64,000 nucleotides of DNA. Origin: Octopus vulgaris (taxonomy: Eukaryota). Location: positions 84,134,934 to 84,198,933 of the forward strand of contig OX597826.1 of assembly GCA_951406725.2 (NCBI GenBank), read 5' to 3'. The notes beneath the pieces are model-generated. The model had not been told where the DNA came from. It did no database searches and worked only from the letters and a program-made list of their open reading frames with translations. The position numbers and the translations under genes are program-made. Of this stretch, positions 11,753-27,582 are shown piece after piece. The stretch's first letter is position 1; each line of letters opens with the position of its first letter.

Positions 11753-12666
11753 CGACAAAATAGTAGATAATAATATTCATCTATCTTGAGAAACATAATT
11801 CACCATTATTTGGTGGTGGTTGTTTAGTTCCAAGCCAGCTCTGACTGGGAGAACCTATCATGAAAGACATCTCAAACATAACTACCACATCCATCCCTCT
11901 CACATTAATATATCAATGACATTATTTGAAATAATCAACTGAAATTTGGCTAATATTTCTAGAAGTTTTAGCGACTCTGTAAGGGTCTCTCATTGTGTTG
12001 TTGTTCTCTAGCCTCAAGCCAGCTTAGATTCAGCAGATATGTGACTACAGTTTAATGGTTATGAATTCTATGACAGATATAAATGGAACATTATGTTGAT
12101 GATCAGAGAAAAGATGATAGGTAAAAAAAAAAAAAAAAAAAAAGAAAACAATACTAACAAAAGAAACCTCAAAAGGATGCTGGAGACTGTGTCATGGGTA
12201 TCATTAATGATCGTTCACTGTCTTCCAGGAAGCATAGAAGATGGCCAAATGGTTGTATCATTCTGTGTAATTCTGTACTTTTAAGAAGTTAATATTTCTC
12301 CCACGGCCATACATGTTTACAATTAGCATGCAATGACAAGGACATATACACACATCTCATCCTTTAACGCCCACTTTTCTACGCTTGTATGGGTCAGCCG
12401 GAATTTGTTGAGGCAGATTTTCTATGACCTGATGACCTTTCTCTCGCTAACCCTTATTTTTTTTTCCAAAGAAGTCTGGAGATGAATAACATTGTTTGTA
12501 TGAGAAGAGTCAAGAACATTAACAACCCTCACATGACATCAAAGCAACACACAAATACACATCCATATATATATATATACACTAATCCTTTGCCATAATG
12601 CAGTTTATTACTTAAGCTTACGTCGATTGCTCCGTGGTGTTGTTATGCATTTCTAATAAAGATCAA

Positions 12667-13074
12667 TGAAAATCCTTCAGTACGTGGTGATTAAAAAAGG
12701 AAATAAGAATTAAAGGGGAAATAACAAGGGCAGATAAGAAAGTCAACTCACTGCTAAACAACGTAGACATTGGTTATAGCAACCAAAAGGTGAACAAATC
12801 TCTTTTTCTATAGAATTCCTCCATATAAATTCCTGTAAATACGAAACAAATAAATCACCTGACATTCCAAACTGACGTCGTCGTCTTCCTTTTACATGAA
12901 TATTCTCCACGTTTTGAGTGTCGATGTCCTTATTTGTTGGATCTACAAAGTTCTGATGTACAATCACTTTGTGAGTGTACATAGCATCATTTAGGCTCCC
13001 AATAGTTCCTGGCTGTTAGTTCTCTTTTTAATTTTGATATTCTTTTTTAATCACCACCTACTGAAGGATTTTCC
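12667..13074 (-). mobile_element. Internally deleted Merlin (IS1595/ISXO2-like) DNA transposon
   Basis: About 33-bp TIRs gaaaatccttcagta.gtggtgattaaaaaag; peptide HQNFVDP...TQNVEN...YLQEFIWR typical of the ISXO2 transposase C-terminus; no clear TSD. Confidence 0.75.
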
Positions 13075-16000
13075 ATAGGTATAAAGTCTTCATAGGTATA
13101 AAGTCTTCCATAGGTATAAAGTCTTCTGGCAAGGTAACATGGATGGTGTAGGGGGTGTAGGCATTCTCCTTGCGGAGAAATGGGTGGATAAGGTCATAGA
13201 GGTTGTCAGGGTTTGCGATAGAGTGCTTAAGCTCAGTTTAGTCCTACAGAGTGGCACAGCTACGATTATCTCCGCCTGTGCCCCACATGATCAGAAGGAC
13301 CACTTTCATGATACCCTTCTACAGGCTACCTCAAAGACTAGTGGCAAGGACCTCATCTTTGTGGGTGGAGACTTTAATGGGCATGTTGGGTGGGAATCGG
13401 GTATCTTCACTGGGGTACACGGTGGCCATGGTATTGGCACCAGAAATGATGAGGGAACTATACTACTGGAATTCTGTGATGCATGTAACCTTTTAATCTG
13501 CAACACTAACTTCAGGAAGCCTGACTGCCACCTTATAACCTATCAGTCAGGAGACTCCGCTAGCCAAATAGACTTCATCCTCACCAGACAGCGGGATGCA
13601 GGGTCGCTCTTAAATACAAAGACCCTCCCGGGTGAAGAATGTATCCCTCAGCATAGGCTAATCATTAGTGACTTTAAGCTTGAGGCCAGAAGGACTCCAA
13701 GAAACAGACCAATCCAGAAAAGAAGGATTTCGAAGCTAAAGAACCCTTCACATGGTTAGAGATTTAGGGACATCCTCATCAAGAAATTTGATGAGAGGGA
13801 GGAGGAGCTACAGACGTCGGACATAGAAGGTAGCTGGAAATTCCTACGGGACAGCTTGCTGAGTGCCACAGACCAAGTCTGTGGATGGTGCAAAGTCCCT
13901 TCCAGACCTAGAGTTACGTGGTGGTGGAATAGTGCAGTAGACAAAGCCATTAGTGCAAAGAGGCCTGGAAAGCCTGGAGGGATGGGGGTAGCAGGGAACT
14001 GTACCAGGTAGCCAAAAGGGAGGCTGGGCGGCAGGTATACATAGCCAAAGATGTAGCAGAAAAGAAGAAGTTTGCCAATGTCCAGCAACGTGAGGACCAA
14101 AGAACTGAGGTATTTTGGATTGCCAGACAGTGTATGAGAGAAAATAGTGATGTTACAGGAGAGAAATGTGTCCGCATGGATGATGGGGCACTTGCTTTTA
14201 ATGTTGGTGAAAAGAAAGAGGCTTGGAGAAGCCATTATGAAAGACTGCTGAATGTGGAGAATGAATGGGAGGAGGAGAGCCTGCCAAATGTTGACCCAGT
14301 AGAGGGACCAGCTATCCGAATAGACAGCTCCCTTGTAGTTAAGGCAATTAAGGGTATGAAACCAGGTAAAGCCCCCGGCCCATCAGGAATCACTGCTGAG
14401 ATGCTTAAAACAGCTGGTTATGTGGGCTATGGCCTAGTCACCCGCATTGTAAACCAGGTAGTTCATAATGGAGTCATACCCAATGACTGGCGTAGCAGCA
14501 CCATAGTCAACTGCTACAAGGGTAAGGGTGATGCTCTAGATAGAAATAACTACAGGGGTATTAAACTGTTGGATCAGGTGATGAAGGTCACAGAGAGGGT
14601 CATAACCCATCTCATTAGGGAGAGAATTTGCTTAGATGAGATGCAGTTCGGTTTTGTGCCGGGTAGAAGCACCACTGATGCTATATTCCTGGTCCGACAA
14701 CTGCAGGAGAAGTACCTAGCTAAAGATAAACCCCTCTACATAGCTTTTGTGGACTTGGAGAAAGCCTTTGACAGGGTCACCCGATCCCTTATCTGGTGGT
14801 CGATGCGGAAACTGGAGATTGACGAATGGCTAATAAGGGCTGTACAGGCCCTATACAGAGAGGCTGTCAGCGAATATAGTGAAGAATTCCGGGTAGAAGT
14901 AGGTGTACACCAAGGCTCAGCCCTCAGTTCCCTTTTATTCATCATAGTCCTCCAGGCAATAACAGAGGAATTCAAAACGGGTCGTCCCTGGGAGCTCCTC
15001 TATGCTGATGATCTGGCTCTCATAGCAGAATCACTACCGGAACTAGAAAAGAAATTTCGGGTGTGGAAGCTAGTTTTAGAATCAAAGGGCCTTAGAGTAA
15101 ATGTAGCAAAGACCAAAGTTATAGTAAGCAGAAAGGCGAACTCAGCACACACCCCTCGGGCAGGTGGCCCTGCTCGATCTGTAGGAAAGGTGTAGGTAGA
15201 AACTCCATAAGATGTACCCAGTGTAAGCTATGGACGCATAAGAGGTGCAGCAACATCAAAGGGAAATTAACTGATAAGATAGCTTTCATGTGCGGCAGAT
15301 GCACAGGGACAATAGACACCACAGATACTCAGAAAACAGATTCCATCACACTCCAGGGGAAGAAACTAGAAGTAGTTGATAGTTTCCGCTACCTGGGTGA
15401 CCAAGTTAGTAGTGGAGGTGGATGCTCAAAGAGTGTCACCACTAGAATACGAATAACCTGGGCAAAGTTCAGAAAGCTCTTACCCCTACCGATGACAAAG
15501 GGTCTCTCGCTCAGAGTGAAAGGTAGATTGTATGACGCATGTGTGCGAAGTGCCATGCTTCACGGTAGTGAAACATGGGCTGTGACTGCAGAGGACATGC
15601 GTAGACTTGAAAGGAATGAAGCTAGCATGATCCGCTGGATGTGTAATGTCAGTGTGCGCGCACGACAGAGGGTAAGCACCCTGAGAGAAATGCTGGACAT
15701 AAGAAGCATCAGATGTGGTGTGCAAGAGCGACGCTTGCGATGGTATGGTCATGTACTGCGGATGGATGAGGAGAGATGTGTGAAGAAGTGCCACTCCCAA
15801 ACAGTTGAAGGTATCAGGGGGAGAGGTAGACCCAGGAAGACATGGGATGAGGTAGTCAAGCATGACCTCAGAGCATTGGGCCTCACTGAGGCAATGGCGA
15901 AGGACCGAGATCTCTGGAGATATGCTGTGACTGCAAAGACCCAGGCTGCTTCTTGCACCAGTTCCGCATAGCCCTTGCTCATTCAAAGTACCTTGGATTC

Positions 16001-16540
16001 CAGAACATCCCACTGTGCTTGAGGAGACCTGTTGAGTCAAGTACATGAACATCGAAATAAATATCAATGGAAATAGTAGTTGTGATACCTGTGCCAGTGG
16101 CACATAAAAAGCACCATCCGAACGTGGGCGTTGCCAGCGACGCCTCGACTGGCTTCTGTGCCGGTGGCACATAAAAAGCACCATCCGAACGTGGCCGATG
16201 CCAGCGCCGCCTTGGCTGGCTTCTGTGCCCGAGGCACATAAAAAGCACCATCTGAACGTGGCCGATGCCAGCGCCGCCTTGGCTGGCTTCCGTGCTGGTG
16301 GCACGTTGAAAGCACCAACCGATCGTGTCCGATGCCAGACTCCCCTGGCACCTGTGCAGGTGGCACGTAAAAAGCACCCACTACACTCGCGGAGTGGTTG
16401 GCATTAGGAAGGGCATCCAGCTGTAGAAACACTGCCAGATCAGACTGAAGCCTGGTGTAGCCCTTGGCTTCCCAGACCCCGGTAGAACCGTCCAACCCGT
16501 GCTAGCGAGGAAAACGGACGTTAAACGATGATGATGATGA
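13074..16540 (+). mobile_element. RTE-clade LINE, slightly 5'-truncated, few frameshifts
   Basis: APE motifs GGDFNGHVG and SQIDFIL; RT QFGFVPGRST, DLEKAFD, HQGSALS, LLYADDL; RRLRWYGHVLR; RGRGRPRKTW; 3' tail gttaaac(gat)n. Confidence 0.95.
16090..16380 (+). repeat. About 70-bp tandem units in the RTE 3' UTR
   Basis: ggcacataaaaagcaccatccgaacgtgg...gccagcg repeated about 4-5 times. Confidence 0.85.
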
Positions 16541-16556
16541 TAATATATATATATAT

Positions 16557-16921
16557 CTTTTACTCTTCTACTTGTTTCAGTCTGTGGCCATGCTGGAGCA
16601 CCACCTTTTGTCAAGCAAATCGACCCCAAGACTTATTCTTTGTAAGCCTAGTACTTATTCTATCGGTCTCTTTTGCCAAACCACTAAGTTACGGGGACGT
16701 AAACACACCAGCATCGGTTGTCAAGCAATGTTGGGGAGACAAACACAGATACACAAACACATATATATATATATACATATATACGACGGGGTTCTTTCAG
16801 TTTCCGTCTACAAGGCTTTGGTCAGCTTTAGAGACTATAGCAGAACATACTTGCCCAAGGTGCCACGCAGTGGGACTGAACCCGAAACCATGTGGTTGGT
16901 AAGCAAGCTATTTACCACACA

Positions 16922-16925
<4 letters not shown>
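16557..16925 (-). mobile_element. S1 SINE, near full length
   Basis: Reverse complement of 29078-29516. Confidence 0.85.
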
Positions 16926-16963
<38 letters not shown>

Positions 16964-17448
16964 AAAGATAAAAACAATTACAAAATACGTTTAACAAAAT
17001 TATTGAAAGTGGGTAGAAATAAACACTACGTAGTGAAATAGTACTACTACCCTAGGATATCTGTAGAAAGCTGAATGTGATTTCAGAATATAATGAGGAA
17101 AAATTCGGATCTTGGGAATTTTCCGAAAGTCCTCTCCTCACCTCAAGATTTTCCCCACAAATTATTTTATAGTCATAATATATGCCGTTTCAAAGGTATT
17201 TATATAAAATTTCATTGAAAAAAAAACCCATTTTCCTGAAAGGTATGAGGGAAAAACTTGGATTTTGTGAATGTTCCGAAGCCCTCTCCCCACCCCCTTG
17301 GGAAAGATTTTCCCCACAAATTTCTTTATAATTGTAATGTATGCCATTTGAAAGATATTTCTATAAAATTTCATTTGAAAAACCTTATTTGGTTAATGTT
17401 ACCTGGAAATGAAAATCCCCACCCCCCAAAAAAATACTGGAATGGGTG

Positions 17449-18431
17449 TGTAGCGGTCTCTGATATCCTCACTGTTTGAGAGACACGGCAGGAATGATCT
17501 CGTTTGAGATTACAGCCATCTTTGGCCGAGCTATTTCTGTTGTGTCCACTGAATTGATTGGTTGACATGTGGCGCGATTTGTCTCTACTTATTTCGCGTC
17601 ACTGGCCAAAGCCAACCAATCACGGCCTTTGGTTAAGGTCCCTTCTCCTAGGCTCTGTTGAGCCACCTTACTTGTATATAAAGGAATGTTCTCAGTATAC
17701 TTAGTCTTTGGTTCTAGTCCTTCTAAGGACTAACCTCTGACCACAGAGCTACTCAACATGTTCCAGTTCCAGCGACAGACGATCAGCCACGACGACACTA
17801 ATGTACACCCGCAACAGAACGCCTTCTATCTCCGCCGCCGTCGTCACCATCATTGTACCAACTTCAAGTCGTCTCTACCATTTCGCCATCACCATCGTCC
17901 ACTTCAGACATGTACGCACCAACCTCACAGATCCACGCTGTTAGAGTGAATCCCTTCACCAAGTAAAACAGTCCATCTGAAGAATTCTATATTAAGAGAA
18001 CCAGCTCGGCGATTGAGACCACGACCGTGGCTCGACAATATTCGTCCAACCAGTCTCCGCCTGAGACACAACATCTTGATATTGAACTCTTACATATCGT
18101 GTACCTTATGAACTGTAAACCAATTTCCATCATTAACTCTATGCTCTGTACCTTCTATGTCACATGCATTCACCCTCATTTGTATGTCACACACACGAAC
18201 ACACAGACACAAACACAACACTTGCTAGCACTCACAACCCTCTAACCTTAACACCATTGTAAATAAAATCTTATCTTCTCTCAAACAGTGGAACGGCTTG
18301 TCGTCTTTCATCTATATTCTGTTGGCACTGCATTGTATAAATTGTATTTATGGCTTATCTTATTTCGTTAGTGATGCGACCGTGTGACTTACCTATGTCG
18401 CCAACCTCCACATACGGTCGTATTTCCCACA
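17449..18431 (+). mobile_element. Solo LTR (983 bp)
   Basis: TG...CA ends; 4-bp TSD GGTG (17445-17448 and 18432-18435); TATATAAA near 17675; AATAAA at 18262. Confidence 0.8.
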
Positions 18432-19555
18432 GGTGTAAAACAATGTGTTTTATTTTTATTTATGCGCCCTTTTCAAGCGTAGCCAGGATCATGGGCCCAT
18501 TTTCCCGGTTTCTGTGGCGTATGTGTTCCCCCCAGATGGACGGGACGCCAGCCCATCGCAGCGTTACTCAAGAAACAGGAAGAAAGAGTGAGAAAAAGTT
18601 GGGGAGAAAGAGTACAACAGGGGTCGCCACCGGTAAAATTACAGATTATCACCCCCACGATTTTCACTAAGAAAAAAAAAAAAAAAAACTCGGATTTTTT
18701 GCGTGGAATCAAATACCCTGACCTCCTAATATGCTGCAAATCCCATATTTTGGTCCGGAATTCCTCCGGAAAGGGTGGGGGTATTACCCCCCCCGGAATT
18801 TTCACAAGGAAAAAAAAAAAATCAGATTTCTAGCGTGGAATCAAGTACCCTGACCTCCTAATATGCTGCAAATCCCATATTTTGGTCCGGAAAGGGGGGT
18901 AACACCCCCCCTGGAATTTTCACAAAAAAAAAAAATCAGATTTTTTGCGTGGAATCAAGTACCCTGACCTCCTAATATGCTGCAAATCCCATATTTTGGT
19001 CCGGAATTGCTCCGGAAAGGGGGTAACCCCCTCCCCCGGAATTTTCACAAGGAAAAAAAAAATAACATATCAATAATTTAGAAAAGAAACATTTCTAGAA
19101 AATAGTAAATTGAAGTGTCAACAAATTATTGGGCAAAATTGAAGTGTGAACAAATCATTGGGCAAAAGAAGATTTGGCATACTGTCATGCTTTTAGCTGT
19201 CAGAAGTGAAAGTCGTCAACTTCGTGTATTTGCGTCAGGTTCGCTGTTAGGCTTATAAAACAATAGAAGTTCAGTTTAAAGTTTATAAATAAATACATTT
19301 CATTCCATGTTCTGTTTAAACTTTATAAATAAATATATTCTTGCAGTGTGTGTATATGTGGCTATATGTCTGACTAATGTGTGTGTCTGTATTTATTGTA
19401 TGTGTGTATAAGTAGTTATATGCTTATATTATCCATTATAGTAATATTTGTCTGTTGAAACCTGTTTTAAGGCGGTCAATAGTTTAATTAAAGATGTATC
19501 TATACATGTATATATATATATATATATATACAGGTGTATATATACATGTGTATAC

Positions 19556-19587
<32 letters not shown>

Positions 19588-20654
19588 TATATACACATGT
19601 CTATATATATACACATGTATATATAAATATATATATATACACATGTATATATATATACATGTATAGACACATCTTTAATTAAACTATTGACCGCCTTAAA
19701 ACGGGTTTCAACAGACAAATATTACTATAATGGATAATGTAATGGATAAAATTCAGACAAACTTACCTCTTGCTGTCAAAAAAAGTGGATTAATTCTCAG
19801 CAAAACATACTGTTATGCTAGATCAGTGGTTTTCAACCAGGGTTCCGCAAGAAGTTGCAAAACTGCTAAAATCGGCAGTAATTTTTAATTCTCCTGTGCA
19901 GATATGTGTGCATAAGACTATTAAATTATTGTACAGGGGTTCCTCGAGCCAGTGGAATGTTTGAATTACGCTGTGTGGTTTCAGTTTCTAATTTTTGCTT
20001 CTGATCTCTCTTTGCCCCCCCTCTCTATCTCAGTTGTTCATTCTGCAGATATTTAGAAAAGTTTTCGCGCCAAGTTTTGTTGTGGGCGGGAAAAGATGAA
20101 CGATTTAAAATAAATATACCTTAATTGTAGTGTGAGAAAGTATATATATTCTGATGATAAAATATATTATCTTTCAAAAACATACCAAATTTATAGACTA
20201 TATCGTGTATGTTTAAGAAATGGTTCATGAGACATTGTTCATCTGTCTCCCCACCACACCGCCACCTACACAAAAATTAGTTTGAGATAGAGAGGGCGGC
20301 ACAGAGAGAGATCAGAAGTAAAAATTAGAACCTGACACTATCACAAAGCGTAATTCAAACATTCCACTGGCTCGAGGAACCCCTGTACAATAATTTAATA
20401 GTCTTATGCACACATATCTGCACAGGAGAATTAAAAATTACTGCCGATTTTAGCAGTTTTGCAACTTCTTGCGGAACCCTGGTTGAAAACCACTGGTCTA
20501 GCATAACAGTATGTTTTGCTGAGAATTAATCCACTTTTGACAGCAAGAGGTAAGTTTGTCTGAATTTTATCCATTACATTATCCATTATAGTAATATTTG
20601 TCTGTTGAAACCCGTTTTAAGGCGGTCAATAGTTTAATTAAAGATGTGTCTATA

Positions 20655-22260
<1,606 letters not shown>

Positions 22261-23623
22261 TATAGATACATATAATTAAACTATACCGCCTTAAAACATC
22301 AACAGACAAATATATATAATGGATAATATATAACTACTTATACACACATTACAATAAATACAGACACACACATTAGTCAGACATATAGCCACATATACAC
22401 ACACTGCAAGAATATATTTATTTATAAAGTTTAAACAGAACATGGAATGAAATGTATTTATTTATAAACTTTAAACTGAACTTCTATTGTTTTATAAGCC
22501 TAACAGCGAACCTGACGCAAATACACGAAGTTGACGACTTTCACTTCTGACAGCTAAAAAGCATGACAGTATGCCAAATCTTCTTTTGCCCAATGATTTG
22601 TTCACACTTCAATTTACTATTTTCTAGAAATGTTTCTTTTCTAAATTATTGATATGTTATTTTTTTTTTCCTTGTGAAAATTCCGGGGGAGGGGGTTACC
22701 CCCCCTTTCCGGAGCAATTCCGGACCAAAATATGGGATTTGCAGCATATTAGGAGGTCAGGGTACTTGATTCCACGCAAAAAATCTGATTTTTTTTTTCT
22801 TGTGAAAATTCCAGGGGGGGGTTACCCCCCCCCCTTTCCGGACCAAAATATGGGATTTGCAGCATATTAGGAGGTCAGGGTACTTGATTCCACGCTAGAA
22901 ATCTGATTTTTTTTTTTTTTTCCTTGTGAAAATTCCGGGGGGGGGGGTAATCCCCCCCCTTTCCGGAGGAATTCCGGACCAAAATATGGGATTTGCAGCA
23001 TATTAGGAGGTCAGGGTATTTGATTCCACGCAAAAAATCCGAGTTTTTTTTTTTTTTTCTTAGTGAAAATCGTGGGGGTGATAATCTGTAATTTTACCTC
23101 GCCACCTCACCCTGCTCGAGCCTCGTGGAACTTTAGGTGTTTTCGCTCAATAAACACACGCAGTGCCCGGTCTGAGTATTGAAACTGCGATCCTTCGACC
23201 GCAAGTCCGCTGCCCTAACCACTGGGCCATTGCGCCTCCACGTGTAGGAAACGAGTATGAGAAAAAAAGATGTACGCAAAGCAACGGGAGGGTGGGGAGA
23301 GGACTTGGGAAAATTCACAAGATCCGAGCTTTTCACTCATAACTTTTAGGAAAATGGGGGGGGGGGGTGTAATGTTTACATCTTAACCCGGAAATGAAAA
23401 TCCAAACCCTCATATCTGTATATATATGTGTGTGTGTACACACACAGACAAGAACAAGCACGCACACACAAGCCATTAGCTTTCTTCTCCTCTTCCCATT
23501 TTAGTAGCTGTCACGGAGGTGACGAAGATATTCGAAGTGAATTGTCGAGTTGTCACGGAAACAACCGAGATTTTGTTTTGGTTTTGTCGAGTCAAAACGA
23601 AGGAAACGCCTAATGGGCGTTGC

Positions 23624-23679
<56 letters not shown>

Positions 23680-26037
23680 CACACACACATATATATATAT
23701 ACATACATACATTATATATATATATATAGGTTGAAAATGCAATAAAATTGAAGCCAAAACATTAAAAATTATGGTTAATGTTTACAGTGCTATTTCTACA
23801 AGGATTGTAATGTTTCGTGGGGGTTTTGGGACGTAACAGCCGCGATGGTTACAGGAGGACAATCCAGAACATGCGATAGAAAGTGGACTAAGTTGATTAT
23901 AATTAATGAGAATTGAGCGAACTGTGAACGGAGTTAATTAATTATAATCTAAATAGAAACGTTACGACGGGTCATAGAATACAATAAAAAAGCAGCAGGT
24001 CCTTCCGTAATTACTTAGGAAAATGAAGAAATGTCTAACTCGACAAGGCGGCGGGGTGGCAGAAACGTTAGCACGCCGAGCGAAATACTTAGTGGGATTT
24101 CGTCTGCCGTTACGTTTTGCCTTTCATCCTTTTGGGGTCTATTAAATAATTACCAGTTACGCACTAGAATCGATGTAATCCACTTTATCCGTTTGTCCCC
24201 TCTGTGTTTAGCCCCTAGTGGGCAGTAAAGAAATAAGAAATTTCTAACTCGACAGCACTGGTCAAACAGTTGGTAGATGAACTGTGGAACCAATATCGTA
24301 CGTACGATCGAGAAGTGGGGAGTTTGTTCTGGGATAGTTTAGTTTTAGATAAGCGACTATTTTAAACCAGACACGCACAATAATGCTTTTAATGCAGGGA
24401 AGGCTATTTGCGCAGTTGATAGAGTTTTTGTCAGGTTGTAAACATCACATGTATCTATTGAATGAAGGTTGACATTTCGAAAAAAATGTATGTTGTGTAT
24501 CAGTATATGTGTACGTGGCCAACAATTTAATTTTTTTGTACGTTAACTTCTGATGTAATTGTAGCCTAAACTATCTGACATATATTTGTAGAAAAATTAA
24601 TTTCAAAATATCTGAAAATAGAGCAAAAACAACAACAACAAAAAAACATCACAGTAAGAACCATGTTTAAAATGAAACAAAAGAAACAACAGAAAATATA
24701 AGAGAAGAAAAAAAAAAGAAATTAGTTGAGAATGATTGAAATACCTTGAGGAGATTAAAGGTGAAAGAGGAATGGGCGAGAAGTAAACAAGAGAATGGCG
24801 AGGAAAAGTGGTGTAGTGAAGAAATAGAGGAGCGCAGTGAATGAGGAACAGGGCTTCGGATCAGAAAGGCCATTTCAGTTGGAATTTCTTTGTTATGACG
24901 AGGATTTTTCCCCCAAATTTTGTTTTTCACCACAGCCTTCGAAATGATCTTTGGATCTTTTCCCTTTGAACGGCAGATCGAGAAATTAATTTTTTGTAAC
25001 TAAACACTTTCAAACTTTGGACTCTGGTAGAATGTGTCATATAAAACATCTTTTACTCTTAGCATTTTTGAGAAAAACTTATATTTTCAAAGTTATTTCA
25101 CGTTAAAGTTGTCCTATTTCGGTAATTTCAACCAATCAATGACGTGTATTCAGCTGGATAAAATTACTGCTGTTGTTGCCAACAACAACTTCCGGCGGTG
25201 TATATTTCGTTTGTCACTGTTATTTATGACGTCGTTCGTGCGTTTGGACTGGTTTTAGAGCTAAATTAACGAGTGGTCTTAGGATGTGCTAGAAACAATA
25301 GCCAAATCTCCTTTGAATCGAACACCATTTTGTCTGAAATATATATATATTCTTTTTTTTTTACTGAAAGGGCTCCTATCACAGATTTTAAGGGCAAAAC
25401 AAATTGGCCTAGGTCAGTCCAAAGTTTGATGGTGAGGAGGGAATAATAAAATCACATTTCCAAAACTTTCTTTGTGTTATAATGCTTTTAATGCAGGAAA
25501 GGCTATTTGCTGAGTTGATAGAGTTTTTTCATATAACTAAACACTTTAAAACTTCGTATACTGGTAGAATATGTTAAAATAAAACATTTTTTTCTCTTGA
25601 CTTTCTTGAGAAAATTGTAATTTGTTTAACGTAGTTTAATTTTTCGAATTTTAACCAATGAATCGCCTCTATTGAGCTAAAATCATTTGCTCCGTCTAAA
25701 ACTGAGACAACATCCTGTCACTTATGTTTACGTAAACAGCTATTTAATCAAGGCTTGTTTGAGCTCAACTCAACATTTTGTCTGGTCAAGCACTGAATGT
25801 GCTTGACCAATAAGTTTCATCTTTTAAATTCAATGATTATTTTCTTAAACTATAAAACACATATTTGTCAAATGTAATTACAAGAAAGTCAATGAACAAC
25901 ACTTCATTAAATAGCACTTCATTAATCTTTTTCAAATGCCTTGTTTTTATTTAAGTTTCCAAATTAGCCAACACATATGATAGAAATTCCACGGGTCCCG
26001 CTAGTCTTATATAAACATATTTCCACGTGAAAACATT

Positions 26038-26460
26038 TCATTATTATTGAGTGAGAGAGCAGTGCATGCTATCAAACTGACACTGGGATAAGATATACAA
26101 AGTCTAGTATACCCATCATGACTACCCGTTTGATAAGGGAACACTAGGCACATGCACCACAAACATATGTGCGCGACATAGTGATCTCTTGCATGACTTT
26201 GCAAGAGGGGCCCAGTCACAATTTTCTCCAGGTTGAGTAGCCCATTCTGCTCAAAAGGTCTCTGAATAATAGTTGTTTAAGGATGTTAAACCAAACACCC
26301 ATGTTTCCAGAGGTGAATTATCCAAACCCCAAAGAATCCCTCTCAACACATGGCTATGATGCTCCCCCACTACTTCTGCTCGTGATCAGAGATGCATATA
26401 TTGTCAGCCACTAAGTGACATGCTCAACTGGTTAAAGTCAAACAACTGATAAGCAAATTT
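26038..26460 (-). mobile_element. SINE or LINE 3' tail fragment (unclassified)
   Basis: (aat)n-tailed non-coding repeat-like segment abutting the R4-like RT. Confidence 0.4.
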
Positions 26461-26777
26461 GACTTCGTTAGCTTCCTCACCCTTCTGATGTACTCCTTCT
26501 CAATTTTCGTTTTGATTTCTGTAGTTAGTATTCTGTCACACTCTAATACTCCTAGATACTTATAACTCTCTCCTCCTTTCAATGATTTTAATGTCTGACC
26601 ATCTTGTAATTGGATGCCTTCGCTGTTGCCTACCTGTCCCCTTCTCATGACTAATATTGTACACTTATCTATGCCAAATTCCATGCCTATATCTTTACTG
26701 AAGAGTCTTACAGTCTGTATTAAGAAATCCATCTCTTCATCTTTCTTACTTGAAAGCTTCACATCATCCATATAGGG

Positions 26778-27582
26778 CAGCGGCCCTTAAACTTTTTTCA
26801 TTCAGGATCCCATTTTTCATCCTGTTTTTTCAACCCCTGGTATTAAATATGAATTAAACTTTTGAACTTTACTTTATGCCTTTAACCCTCCAATGTGGAG
26901 TATAGGCCACTTATGGTTGAATTCCATGTCACATAAATTTTGGCTTCTGTACTTATACTCTGCCATGACTGTCCCCCTTTCTCTAGTTCCTTTTGTGTTG
27001 ATCTCCGCCACGAGTTCTTAGGCCTACCTCTCCTTCTATAGTGTAGATAGGGAAGGCTTATGGAAAATTATGCAGCACTGCGCATACCAGATAAGTATAT
27101 ATCTATAATAAGAGCAACTTACCAAGGAATGTCATGCCGAGTCTTGCATGGAAACGGAGCTACAGATAAATTCGGAGTAAAAACAGGAGTTCGACAGGGC
27201 TGTATACTTTCTCCCTTTTTATTTCTACTAGTTATAGATTGGATTATGAAGGAAACTACGATTGAAAGCCAAACAGGCATTGAATGGACGGATGCAGAAG
27301 CTCTAGAAGATCTCAACTTTGCAGATGATATAGTGCTACTTTCACAAGCATATAGCCAAATGCAAAATAAATATGAAATAAAACATACAAATAAATGCAT
27401 AAATCATTTATTTTTTTTGCTGAACAATATACACATAAAAAAGTAGTTATATTATTTGTCAAAATAGCAGTAATTTTAGGATTTGTGTGTTTGTGAAATA
27501 ACATATAAACTGAAATTTAAGTGCTTGAATTTAATGTTCGCGAACCTCTTTGGGGTTGTGACCCATAGTTTAAGAAGCGCTG
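26778..27582. mobile_element. hAT (Charlie-like) non-autonomous element
   Basis: TIRs cagcggcccttaaac / gtttaagaagcgctg (12/15); degenerate 8-bp TSD atataggg / atttagag. Confidence 0.65.
26859..27367. mobile_element. RTE (BovB-like) insertion with internal inversion
   Basis: Plus-strand RT GVRQGCILSPFLFLLVIDWIM...DLNFADD (27060-27367); minus-strand C-terminus RRRGRPKNSWR and tail (26860-27035); flanking taaatatgaa.taaa duplication. Confidence 0.75.

Noticed and set aside
15486-16495. Minus-strand repetitive ORFs
   Set aside because: Antisense of the RTE C-terminus and its 3' UTR tandem repeats
23160-23241. tRNA gene (also 31810-31885 and 29080-29150)
   Set aside because: A and B boxes belong to SINE heads that continue into SINE bodies
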